A stretch of DNA of 61,150 nucleotides, filler included, from Basidioascus undulatus (Eukaryota), in the NCBI GenBank assembly GCA_000826855.1. It is 9 parts of 9 records of this genome, joined end to end, with 100 filler letters (N's around TTAATTAATTAA, not from the genome) between each part and the next. Parts side by side here need not be neighbours in the genome. Positions count along the whole stretch, not along the records: positions 1 to 24,812 come from JTLS01000230.1; positions 24,913 to 28,772 come from JTLS01002301.1; 7 more parts are not named here. One strand, written 5' to 3'. Each line of letters begins with the position of its first letter. Position 1 is the first letter of the stretch. Both the position numbers and the translations under genes were made by a program. Shown here in pieces: positions 13,156 through 24,991 of this stretch. The notes under the pieces were generated by a model. The model had not been told where the DNA came from and ran no database searches. It saw only the letters and a list, made by a program, of their open reading frames with translations.

Positions 13156-14636
13156 TCACTCCGGAAACTCAACCACCAGCTCCCCCAGCTCCCTCTTCTC
13201 CCCCTTACTCTCCAACCCCGCCTGCAAAAACGCCAAGTCCCTGAGCGCCTCCCTCGGGTCGCCCACATCCTCCCTCTCGCTCACGCCCTGTCCCTGTCCC
13301 TGTCCCTTCCCCGCCCGTGCGCGCTGCACACGCTCCACGAACAGGCGCAGCTCCTCGCGCACGCCGTCGCCATTCTCGTGCGTCTCTTCGGTTGTCGTTT
13401 TGCCGTCGGCGGAGGTGAGGCGGAGGGTTGTCTGACTGCGCGAGCGGGAGAGACGCAGCTGGCCGGAAGAGCCGGTTAGGAGGAGGGTTTGCGGGTCGGG
13501 GGACGGGGCGGAGAAGGAGAGCTGGAATGTCTGTTGGGGGGGTGGGTCAGCACGTCAGTCGCCGAGGGACAGGGAAGAGTGGAGAGGGGAGTGAGGAGAG
13601 GAGGGTGAGAAGGCAGGAAACGCACCCCCGACACGCCATCCTCGCACTGGACCGACGCGTGCAGCGTGTCGTGCGGGGCGAGGTGCGGCGCGTTCAGCGT
13701 CGCGTAGGCGGAGAGGCGCGCGGGCGAGGAGGGGAGTATGGTGCGCAGGAGGGAGGCATAGTGAACGCCGCCGTCGAGGAGGAAGCCGCTGATTGTCCAG
13801 AAAAAAGCCTATGAGTTATTTCAATCGAAGATGGTTAGGAAGTCGGAGCGTACCCTGTTCGAGGGGAGGAGCGTCAGTGAGGAAGAAAGGAGGAGGGGGG
13901 GGAGAGAGAAGGCGGACCTTGGTACTCAGGTTTCTTGCGCCATTCAGTCTTGTAGTACTTCCCATCTTCTCCCACATTCATGAGCGCCTGGAGCGCAAAC
14001 GTCCGGACGTCCCCGATCTTTCCCTGCTGCACCAGCTCCCTCGCCCTGCCCATCACACGCATGTCAGCTTCAGCATGTTGTCCTCACACTCTCCGAGAAA
14101 TTAAGACGCACCTAACGAACCCCCTCTCCGTCTCAAAGTTCTCCGCGACCCTCCACACCAGCCCGTGCCTCGCATAAACCGTCCGGTACTCCTTAATCAG
14201 TTCCGTCGCCGCCCCAACATCCTGCGCAACAGGCTTCTCGCTCAGCACGTGCTTCCCCGCGTTAAGCGCCTGGATGATCACCGCCGGCTGGGCGGGGATG
14301 GGCAGCGCGATGATGACGAGGTGGATGTCCTTGCGGCCGAGAAGATCGGCGAGGCCGGAGGGGCCCGAGTAAGGCTCGGGAAGGGGGAGCGTAGGGTGGG
14401 TGGAGGAGATGTAGGTGAGGAGGGAGGTGGTGCTGCTGGGGGTGCGGGAGTATATGGCCAGGAGGGAGAGGGTGGAGGAGAGGGTGGAGAGCGCGGGGAG
14501 ATGCGCTGAGGATGGAGGGTAAGCTCGTTAGGGAAGGGGAAGACGGAAGGGAGAAGGACCAGCCTTCTTTCACGAAGATGCCTGCGCCGATGAGGGCGAC
14601 TCCCAGCTTCTCGGTGTTTTGAGTGGTGGAAGCCAT
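13156..14636 (-). CDS. Gfo/Idh/MocA family NAD(P)-binding oxidoreductase; contains a 1-nt exon at 13854
   Basis: Spliced LGVALIGAGIFVKEAHLPA...ALNAGKHVLSEKPVA...WRVAENFE...KYYKTEWRKKPEYQGGFLLDGGVHY...PREALRDLAFLQAGLES. Confidence 0.9.
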
Positions 14637-15356
14637 AATATTTCTTGACATCAAGGCTTTTGAAAAGCTGAAAAGAGTAGGTAACGCAAGGGCAAGGAGA
14701 TTGCAAGGCAAAGCGACGTCATTTGGACATCCGTATCGGTTTTGCGTATTCACCTTGCTCCGAAAGGCTGGACAGCCTCCACCCCACGTGTTCCTTCGCG
14801 GTTCCTCGTGTTCCTGTATTCGATTTGAGCTTCAACAGACTTGTTTTCTCTTTGCTGAGGACGAGAACATGCCTCTGCGCCCTCTTTGTATTATCCAGGT
14901 GTTGTCTTCCCAATCAACTGCGCCGCATCCCTACGATTCGAGTGTAGTGATAGTGATCGTCGTCAGAGCCCAGACGGCGTCAACATTTGACGTCAAAGGC
15001 TGTCAGCTGCGCAATGCGGCCCGAAGTTCCTCTCTCTTCCCCTTCCCCTTCATTTCCTTCCTCCTTTCTTCCGCCAGCAACATCCCCAACGACAACACAC
15101 CGGTACGCGCCATCCGACTGACGACGCAGATGTGTACACAGTTCGCAGCTAGGGGGCCTGGAAGTCGCAAGCGCGCTGGGTGACTGACAGGGGTTGGTGC
15201 GGCAGCAAGTTCAGTGCACACACAAACGGAAGCCGCCGCACAGCCCCATTTTTTGGGACCGCGACGGCTCGCTCCACCGCTCTCGCTTGCACTTCGACTC
15301 TTCTTCCACCTTCAACACCGTTCTCCCCGTCGATCAATCCTTCCTCCTTAAACACA

Positions 15357-16771
15357 ATGGCGTACTCACATCCACGCCGACGGCCGCTCAAGTCGTAAGC
15401 ACCGCGCACCTCCCCTCCCAGGACCCGCGCCTGACCTGGACAGGTGACAGCAGCCTCTTCCCCCGCCAAGGCACCACCGGCGGCGACGACGAAATTTCCA
15501 CGACGCCGACCCCGACCTCCTCGACCCGGACATCCACCTCGCGCTCGACGTCCTTCCCCACGTCCACACCCACATCCAGTACCCCCATGTCCAAGCCCCC
15601 CTCGTCCTCCACCACCTCCAACGGCGGCGGCGGCGGCGGGAGCTCGACGACTGGGGGCAGCGGGTCGCCGACAACCGACGACGAAGAGGAGAGCTTGACG
15701 AGCTCCAAGACGAGCGAATCGAGGACGACGGACGTCATCACTACGACGGACTCGGAGGGGCGCGCCACGACCAGCGCGAGGACGAGGATCGCGACTGTGT
15801 CGATCATTACTATTACGCTGCCGGGCGGTACGTGGATCCCTTTGCTCGTACGGGGTGGTTGGGCGGGTGCTCATGCTGGGGACGGTCGGTGGCAGGCTCC
15901 GTCGTCACGTCCGAGACGGCCGTGGCGGTTGATGCTTCCGGTGGGGGAGGCGGATCCTCGATCAACGTCGGGGCAATAGTGGGCGGGGTGCGTGCTCTTC
16001 TTCCTAGCTCTCCCCTCCCCTTCTCGCCCTCGCGCTAACACTCGCTCCTTCGTCAAATAGACCGTCGGCGGCGTAATCGGTGCACTTTTCATCGTCGGCG
16101 CGATTTTCCTCCTCCTCCGCCGACGGGCCAAGCGCCGGGCGGATTTCGACCCAGACGACATCTTCAAGCCTGAGCGCTGTATGCTTCCCTCTCCTCCCCT
16201 CCACCTCCCCTCCCGTTTGCTCACCCCGCCCCTCTTGCCCCACACAGACCGCCCCGGCCGCGACTCCGTCGACCTGGACGTGGAGCCCACGCCCTTCCCG
16301 GCGCCCGCGCCGTCCTCGCACGGGCACTCGTCCATCGAGATGCGCGCGCGCCAACAGCAAGCGCCGTACGGGCCCGCAGGGCCCTGGACAGACCGGTCGC
16401 ACACGCCTCCCCCGCCGACGACGTCCGAAGCAGGATCGTGGGACCGCGCGCAGCGCGCCTCCTACTATCCCCCGACGTCGTCCTCGTCGCACTACCCGCC
16501 CACGGGCAGCACCGCCTCGCCCTTCGCCGCCGCCGGAGGGTCAGCCGGCTTCGCCAAGGCCCGTGAGGCCTACCCCGCCGGCGCGCCGTCCAACGCGAGC
16601 GGGAACGCCAGCGCTGTGAGGGTACATACCGACGGAGGGCGGTTCGTCCCACAGAACCCGGACGAGGAGGACGTCCCGCTGCAGAGCGAGCTGCCGCCCA
16701 CGTATGCGAGCTTGCCGAGGGAGGAGCAGGAGGCGCTGGACGGCGCCAACGCAGCGCAGAGGAGGGATTGA
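15357..16771 (+). CDS. Ser/Thr-rich single-pass membrane protein (Mid2/Wsc-like architecture)
   Basis: S/T-rich ectodomain, then TM segment INVGAIVGG/TVGGVIGALFIVGAIFLLL followed by RRRAKRR, then a cytoplasmic tail ending HTDGGR...ELPPTY. Confidence 0.7.
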
Positions 16772-17313
16772 GAGGTGTAGGGTAAAATGGATTGGACTGA
16801 AGAACTCTTCCCTCGATTTCGATTTGAACACTAGATTTATGTGGCAGGCTCATACAGCCGCCCTTCCGCTCCTTGTTGTCGCACTCGTTCTTTCCTTCGT
16901 TCTCCCAGCTCCATATCCCTGGTTCCTTTTCCCGTTTTGAAGACGGTCTAGTAGCTTTCCCTCGGCAGTCTGCCGCTACGTTAGGCTTTGTTGGTTCGCA
17001 GTAATAGCCTTCGCTCGGTCCTGCTCCTGCTCCTGCTTGTTGATTGATGAACGTTACGACTTTTTGCGCTTGTTCTGCTCTGTTCGTTTCCCATTGTCTG
17101 ATTATGACTATTCAAAGACTGTTCGGGTGCTGTTCCAAGCTGTTCAGCTTGTTGTCGGCGGATCACCCACGGCCCATGGCTCCTCTCGGCGCGCTGAGAC
17201 GCGCGCTGCCAGCGCGAGCGCGCGCGCAGCATCGAGGCGGACGCACGGTCTTCTCTCGTCTTACCCTTTCACCGTCAACGACTCGTTCCCCTCGCTCGAT
17301 TCGTTCGTTGTCG

Positions 17314-19904
17314 ATGATGGCCGACACGACAACCGTGCCCGCGCAGGGCGTCAAGACCTCCAAGTGCGTTTCGTTAGGAAGGGAGAAGGGGCATGGGGAA
17401 GGGGTGGTTGACGCTGGGTTGGGCGTCGCAGTGTCCCTGGGTTCGCGAACCCCCCGCTGCCGATGGATGGGAATGGGTACTTCTCCAACGTGTGTACTTA
17501 CTCCTCTTGCAGAAAAAGCGCATCGTACTGAGGAAGCATGGATGGGGAATCGCAGTACCAACTTGCTGCCCTCGTCCTCGGGATCCCGTACCTCGTGAAG
17601 CGCTCTATCCCGTACTTCTCCACGGGGCTCAAGACGTACATCTTCCTGGTCCTCGTTCTCGGCTTGCCGATCACGATCGCGTACTGGACGCTCATGTCCA
17701 CGTACGGCCCGCGCAAGAACGAGAAGGTCATCCCCCCCGGGCGGGATGTCTCGCACTACCTCGACATCAAGGACGTGGAACTCAAGCGCGAGCACGAGGG
17801 AAAGAACAAGATCAACATGCAGGTGTTCCATGATGCGTTCTTTGATGGGAAGATCGACGTTAAGGGTCCGTAGCGCGCTGGGTTTGGGAGACGCAGAGGT
17901 GGTAGTCAGAGGAGGCTGACTGTGCGGTGGGGGATGGACGGACAGGCGACATGCTCGACGTCCTGGAGTACCGCCACGACTGGGCCAAGTTCAACTTTAC
18001 GCCGGAGCTTTTCAAGTATGTCTTGACGCAAATGCTCCCCGAGGTCATCATGCACTCCAAGAGCCAGGACGAGGAGCAGGTCCGGGACCACTACGACCGT
18101 GCGCCTTCCGGTCCTTCCTTTGCTGGAGGAAGCACGGGCTGACATTTGGGAGGGCATCTGCTTGCCTCATTGTGTAGGGGGTGACGACTTTTACGAGTGG
18201 TGCGTTTTCAGCTCGCAGCCCTCGCAACCGAATGCGCGCTGATAGCAGTGTCTTCGCACAGGTTCCTCGGCCCTCGCATGATCTACACGTCCGGCGTCGT
18301 GCGCGACATCACGCGCGAGGAGACGCTCGAGGAGCTGCAGGACAACAAGCTCGCGCTCGTGTGCGAGAAGCTCGACCTCAAGCCCGGTGAGAAGCTGCTC
18401 GACATTGGGTGCGTTCTCCTTCTCCCATCTTCGCAACTGTGATCTAACGCATCAGAATCTGACATTGGGGGCTTGCGGGATGGGACAGCTGCGGCTGGGG
18501 CACCCTCGCGGCGTACGCGGCCAAGAACTTCGGCGTCGACGCGACGGGCATCACCCTCGGCAAGAACCAGACCAAGTTTGGCAACCAGCGCATCAAGGAC
18601 AACGGCGTCTCGCCTGAGCAGGCTCGCATTCTCTGTGCGTACACCCGTTTTCCTTCTTCCTGCCCCTACACCGGAGATGCCTGACGCTGAGATCTGAATT
18701 GATGCAGGCATGGACTACCGCGAGATCCCCCGCACCCCCGGCACGTACAACAAGATCGTTTCGCTCGAGATGGCTGAGGTGTGTTCACTGCACAGCCGTA
18801 CCCTCTCTTCCATTCGACTGCCGGGTACTGACCGAGATGGGCATCGCAGCACGTCGGCATCCGCCGCTACCAGTCCTTCCTCCGCCAGGTGTACGACCTC
18901 CTTGACGACGACGGCATCTTCGTCCTTCAGGTCGCCGGTATCCGCCCGCACTGGCAGTACGAGGACCTGATCTGGGGTCTCTTCGTGCGTCTCGTCTTCT
19001 TGCTCTTTCCCTCGACCCCTCGCACGCTGCGGTGGCTGATTCGGACATGCTACGCAGATGAACAAATACGTACGGACTTAGCTCATGCGTTGCAAGAACG
19101 CAAGAGCCGATGTGCTGATACGATTCGCTCGCAGGTCTTCCCTGGTGCCGACGCTTCCTGCGCGCTCAATTGGGTCATTGGCCAGGTGCGCGCAGCCCCC
19201 AATGTGACTCCGCCCACTGTGCATGCTGAGTACAATATTGCCTTCCAGGTTGAGGCTGCCGGCTTCGAAGTCAAGGAGATCGATGTTCTCGGTGCATTCG
19301 CCTACCCAGGTCGCTCCGGGCCAGCGTGCTGATGTTTCGCGCTTTTTGGCAGGCGTTCACTACTCGGCGACCATCTTCCGGTGGTACAAGAACTGGCTCT
19401 CCAACGTGCGTTGTAGGCCGCTCTTTGGGAGGTGGGCACAGCATTGACATGCGACGTGCGGGGCTTTTACAGAAGGAGAAGGTCATCGCCAAGTACGGCG
19501 AGCGATGGTACCGGATCTGGGAGTACTTGTAAGCCCTGTTTGCCCTGTTCGACCGCCCGATGTCTCAACTGAACTAATACATTTCTCTCCCTATAGCGTG
19601 CGTCAAAACCATACACTATGATGACAGTTGTATGGAATGTTCGAGCTGACACTGCGGCCCATGTATAGCTCGCGTCCTCGACCATCACCTCCCGCCAGGG
19701 CGGCGCGTCCGTCTTCCAGATCACGCTCCACAAGAACATCAACGGTTTCCACCGCATCAACGGCGTGCCCTCCCACCCAGGCATCGTCACCAAGAAGCCT
19801 GTGTCCGAGTACTCGTGCGTCAACTGCAACTCAGCTTCACCTCTCCCACTCCATCTCCTGCTTGAGTATCTAACGGGTATTGCCTCTACAGCTCGATCCT
19901 CTAG
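17314..19904 (+). CDS. Sphingolipid C9-methyltransferase (cyclopropane-fatty-acyl synthase family), many exons including a 12-nt exon and a 1-nt exon at 19597
   Basis: Spliced NPPLPMDGNGYFSN...HSKSQDEEQVRDHYDRGDDFYEWFLGPRMIYTSG...LLDIGCGWGTL...IVSLEMAEHVGIRRY...WGLFMNKYVFPGADAS...RIWEYFLASSTITSRQG...HRINGVPSH. Confidence 0.93.
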
Positions 19905-22900
19905 ACGGAGGGGCACCTTTGAAGATACGACTCGGGCAGACGGGAAAGGGGAACGACGGAGTGGCTTTCGGGCTTGGGCTGGGAAACAATTTGCATGGAG
20001 CGGAGGCGGCCAGGACGCTGTCGGCTGTGGCTTGGGATGTTTCGTCGCATTCGCTTTCAATTCGATTCGCATAGACTCTTTTCGACTTGTTGCGCTGCTT
20101 CAGGCGCTCGAGAAAAGCGGGGATTGATATGATACTGCGTCGACGGGTAATTCCCAGGCATTCATTCAGGTATCATCAGTGTGTCTTCCGCACAGTCGCT
20201 TCAAGTCGGTTGCTCTCGCGAGACTGCGCGGCACGAACGATAGCGCGTCGGCGCACAAGCGTCAGGTCTACCGTTCGCAATCCCCCCTTTTGCATCGTTG
20301 TGAGCGAGTATAATAGGACTTTATCTGCTCTCAAAGGGTGAGAACCGGGGTCCCGCTGGCACAGTACTGCGACTGGTGTAGGCGAGCTCGATCTTGACTT
20401 TTGTTGCCGACGCACAAGTCGGAGGGGCAAACTCGAACCCTCGCTCGAGGAGTCGCGCTATCCGACGCCTTCGAATAGCAGCCGTACCTTTACCTCGACT
20501 CGGAACCTGAAGAACAGTCCGGAACGGAGAACTCGGCCCCGTTGCTGGCCTTCCACCTGTGTTCCCGTCCCTCCGATTCTCTTGATCAGCCCAGTCCAGT
20601 GCTCAGGGTCCTTTGGGGTCCCCCGGAAGGGCAGAGAAGCTGTATTGAAGTCGGGCCGACAGGACCCGGGACAGGGAGTGAGCAGTTGATGTTATTCGCA
20701 AGCGCTGCTATGCTTTCCTAAGTAGGTAAATGTCAGCGATTACTGCAGGCAGAAGAAACGGGCGCTGTTCTTCCTGCGTGTTCGGCGCATCGAAACGTTA
20801 ATCGTTAGAATCTTGTTATTGTTTCTTTATCCCGTCAATATACAGTAAAGTGATTGTTTGCCCGCACGGAACGTCGCTTGTACCCTCGTCCCCTGTCCTG
20901 CCTGATGAACTCACTTGTAAACACGACTGGACCGACCCCTTGTCGCATACGGCAATCCCCTCATTCCCTGAACCACCTGGAAAATATTCACATGGAAAAT
21001 CTGATGCTACCAGCTCGGGCCCTCACTGAGAGAAGAAGATCGCGATGTCGTTTCAGCAACGCTGCGCCTTCCGATATCCCAAGCCTGTCCATCTACCGTC
21101 GACCCTTTACGCTGGTCATCATCCGACTCTTATTCCTTCTGATCATTCTTCGGACGAGATACCTCCATGTCTATAGGCAGGGTTTTCAGTTCAGTACAGT
21201 CACGAACTGTGGAATGTGACAGGGGGCGCGTGGCGAGGTAAGTCCATGTGGTTGAGATTTATCGGACCATGTAAAACGGTTGTTTTACTTATTTTTAACT
21301 TTGCCTAACCCATGTTGATCCGTTCTAGCATCCAGAGGTGGAATTCCCTTACGGAAGGCAGAATTTGGCATGCAGTGTGCAGCTTCCACCTCGCCAGAAC
21401 ATTGCCATGACTTTGAAGTGCAGTCGATGAGTATAATGATACTCATATAGGCCTTTGTTAGCGGCCGAATTTTAATGTTGTGGCCTTTCGTGCAGTCTCG
21501 AAAGCGCCGAGGATGCATAGTGCTGTTGCAAGCACGCAGCGTATGTCGGGGTGCTGGTCGTCGTATGCAGGGCTGGGGGCTAGAGGGACTGATGTCCTGG
21601 CATGTCGGCACGGGCTTGCATGATACCGGATATACCCATTTTTTGGCCTGAATTCTAAAAAAAAATACATGTGTCATTGCCCACTTTCGAGAGTGATCGA
21701 AGGTCTGCGCTTCCGCTATCGCTTGAGTCTTCCATACGCCCTAAACACCAAGTGCGTTGGGCGTGTTTGCCAAATAATTCTAGTTAACATGTGAAAATAG
21801 AGCTCTTGCAGCGGCTTTTTAACCTGACTCACATGCTTGAATGTCTCCCTCCGAGTTTCCGGTATTGCTGGGGTGGAAACACCGACCCAAACCATGACCT
21901 ACCTGCTGTAGATGCAGCATGAATACAGATATAAAGATGTGATACCCGGGCTAGAAGAAGATGCGAAAAAAATGCAGATGCGACCTTCGCGTGCTAATCA
22001 GAAAGGCCAGTAGTAGACTGTCGTGTTGTTGCAGAAGTCTTCACTTCCAACAGGCCACTCCACTGCCCCAAAGTGCTCGGAAATGGGAACTCACGGAGAC
22101 TTGGGCATGAAATATTGAATGAGAACACGTTGCAGCGTAACTGCTGATGGTAGAGCTGTGCATTGCCCATGCTTCAAAAAATTCACAGCCCGCCTGCCCC
22201 GGGGCCGAATTAGCCAATGCGACCGCACTATAATCATGGTTTTCCTCTAATAATTCTGAAATATGTTCTAGCCCTCGATCATGATGCTGATAAAGGGTTT
22301 GTATATCAGCTGGTTACCTAGGATTGCAGCAGCTGCAATTTTGGGGACCAATCCATCCCACTCTTCCTTTGCCAAAGGATGCAGACATTTTGCGTTCTCT
22401 GTACTTTAAAATCTCAACAATCTCCTAAATATATATTTGGTCCCATGCAATGGCCGCATGAAGTCCGACGGCAAATCAATGCATCGTACCGCGTGCTCCC
22501 ATTCCTCATTCCCATTTGACAGTCTCACAGCCCATTAGTACGGGAACCAAGAATATCTAGGGGAAATTTGGTGAGCTAAACTGCCAACTATTGCCCAAAC
22601 ATGAGGGCCGGCAAGCGTACCCGGGTTGGTAGATTGTCTCCTGCTGTGCCGGAGACATCACGGGGCTGGATGACGAGCCGTCCTTCAGAAAATAGCAGAG
22701 GTTTGAATCTGTACCAGACTCAACCAAACAAAACTACTCAGGGCCCGAGCAGTCTGATATACGCTAGCACAGAGAAACGCACAATGCTCTTAACTGCTCA
22801 CCTAAATCGAACAGCGTCACGCCCATTTCATTCTCCACCCTCCCTTGATGATTTCCCCCTTCGGCATTTTATGAGCGTGGACTCCATTACTCTTATGTTT

Positions 22901-23412
22901 AACCTTTAGGCCCATTCAAGTGCCACCCCACATCAAGAACGAAGCGTTTCGTTGGTGCTCTTCGTTCTTTCTGGATAGCACACGCGCGGCAGGCTGACGA
23001 CTCCCAGTGCGAGTGCTGCCTGCCTTATCCGGCGAATACTGCCGCTTCCCTCTTTCACTTGCCGGAGTGCAGCGGAGTACGCAGGGCGGCAGGGCTGCTT
23101 TCTCTGGTGGAGAGAGAGGGCTGTGGGGGCGCACAGCAGGACGGCAAGTGCGAGGTGTGCGAACGGTTCGGTGCGTCAAACCTCCTGTTTCCCCATTCAG
23201 CAACACTGCCTTAGCTCTTATTTAAAGACGAAACGTTTTGTAACGCACGCTTCTAGGTTATTCACCACAGCAGCCCGCAACCACCGTATTCACCCACATA
23301 CAACCCACCTCTGGATCTTCAGCCGGAGGCTTATTCCATATACACCGGTTAAATGGAGCGCTATGCATCCTGCCCCCACCCGCCGAGCACAAACCCCAGA
23401 CGGGGCCTTATC

Positions 23413-24148
23413 TCAAGATGCCCAGCCCCGATGCCAACGCGATTGCCCCCATCGACCCTCCAGCTCGAGCACATCCCATCTCACGCGCCTCTTCCGTGCC
23501 ATATTCCAGGAAGAATCTCCTAGTATTCTTCCGCAGCCTTCGACGTGGCACTTTTCACCCCAACACCCCCCTGCCACCGCGGTACACAAGGCAAAGGTGT
23601 ACACCCCCCTGCTGTCCCACCCCGCGCTGGCCCTCGGTCTATGGTGCGAACCGGCCGTGAATGTTTTCCAAGTGTCTATTTCGGAATACCCTGCCATTCA
23701 AGTTGCAATCCGAAAGTTAGCTGTCATACCCATGGGAAAGTTGCAATAGATCATAATGGCACAGTTCACGCAATTGAGAGCGATGTCTCCCAACGTCACT
23801 AGTTGCTCTATTATGTGGCACACCTTCCAACTCAACCTGCACAGCACCGCATGACTTCTGTCCATGAAAGCAGGCTGTCACTGAATTGCAAGAGCATGGC
23901 TGCAAACTCGGACCGGCTGAGCGGAGGATGATCCGAGCTCCCAGCTATCAAGTGTGACTGGGAACTCCGCACCCTGGGCGGCGAATCTCCACGAGCAAGA
24001 AGTCCTCATTGCAGCATGCTCTGAGAAAGGCGCATGTCTGGGAGAGCGCGACAGCGTCGGAGAGGCAGATAGTGTTGGGGATGCGGAAGAGCAGCTTGCA
24101 GGGAAGTGAGAGAATCAGTGCCGGCTGTACTGCCTCCGATGACATTGG
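23413..24148 (-). pseudogene. F-box-like protein remnant
   Basis: ILSLPCKLLFRIPNTICLSDAVALSQTCAFLR resembles an F-box motif. A stop follows after about 66 codons, and downstream frames are broken. Confidence 0.35.
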
Positions 24149-24812
24149 GAGATTCAATCAGAGGAAGGGAGACGGTGCGGCCAGTGAAAGAGAGATGAAG
24201 AGCGAAAGCGACGGGAGCGGGAGCGGGAGCAGTTGGCTGCGTAATGGATGCAGCCTGCCCTTGTGCTCATTGTGACACCGGTTCGAACAGTACACTCGAG
24301 CATCACCAACCGCTTGTCTTGGGGTCTTTGCAGGGATACATGTGGCGAGTCGTTGATGCATGTACCCAATACACACGCACGGTTCTTGAGGACATGGCTG
24401 ACTGGCAGGCAGAACCGCCCCGTTCAGGCAACCGATAGGGGGCAATGTGCACCCCATAGGTTTCTGTTCCTTGCAAGGTGAACAAAGAGGCAGCTTTCCA
24501 ATTTCAGGTGGTTGCCTGGTAGACATCGCGCCGCCTGGAGAGCTCAGCTCTGCGACTGAGGGAATGCAGCGGCGAAGGCACGCTCTCTGTCTCCCTATCA
24601 AGAGGCATACAGCGTGCCTCTCTGGATGGAGCGCTATTTATTACGGACCCGCGATTGCCATGGCAGTGAAAAAAAAAGGGAAACCAGGCTCATCGTTCTG
24701 AGCGGCCTGCTCGTTTCTCCGCCCGCCCGCCTGTTCAGTGCGCCTCCCACAGCATGACCTCCCTTCGTGCTCCTTTGCTTGTTCCTCATCCTCTCTGGCC
24801 TTTTGGCTTAGA

Positions 24813-24912
24813 NNNNNNNNNNNNNNNNNNNNNNNNNNNNNNNNNNNNNNNNNNNNTTAATTAATTAANNNNNNNNNNNNNNNNNNNNNNNNNNNNNNNN
24901 NNNNNNNNNNNN
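24813..24912. other. Artificial contig linker 44N-TTAATTAATTAA-44N (first of eight)
   Basis: Identical 100-bp spacers also at 28773-28872, 32723-32822, 36668-36767, 40552-40651, 46687-46786, 50625-50724 and 54560-54659. TTAATTAATTAA puts stops in all six frames. Confidence 0.98.
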
Positions 24913-24975
24913 GGCGACTGGTATGACCTCCTCCCCATTGCTGAGTTCGCATACAACAACTCCTTCCACTCCTCC
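24913..24975 (+). mobile_element. Ty3/Gypsy LTR-retrotransposon integrase fragment
   Basis: Translates GDWYDLLPIAEFAYNNSFHSS, matching the DW..LP.AEFAYNNS.H motif after the Ty3/Gypsy integrase core. Confidence 0.8.
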
Positions 24976-24991
24976 CCTCCCCAGCCCAGCG

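Noticed and set aside
10345..17831. Many long overlapping or antisense ORFs in the ORF track
   Set aside because: These are shadows of GC-rich, GC3-biased coding sequence (R/P/A-rich translations), not independent genes.
20100..23400. Long, lower-GC gene-poor stretch as a transposon or novel locus
   Set aside because: Only short broken frames; no transposase or RT motif, TIR or LTR that I could recognise. It may be a decayed element but I cannot support that.
24857..24868. TTAATTAATTAA repeated at about 3.9-kb intervals as a biological repeat, CRISPR-like unit or piggyBac TTAA site
   Set aside because: Always centred between 44 Ns on each side; it is an artificial six-frame-stop linker.
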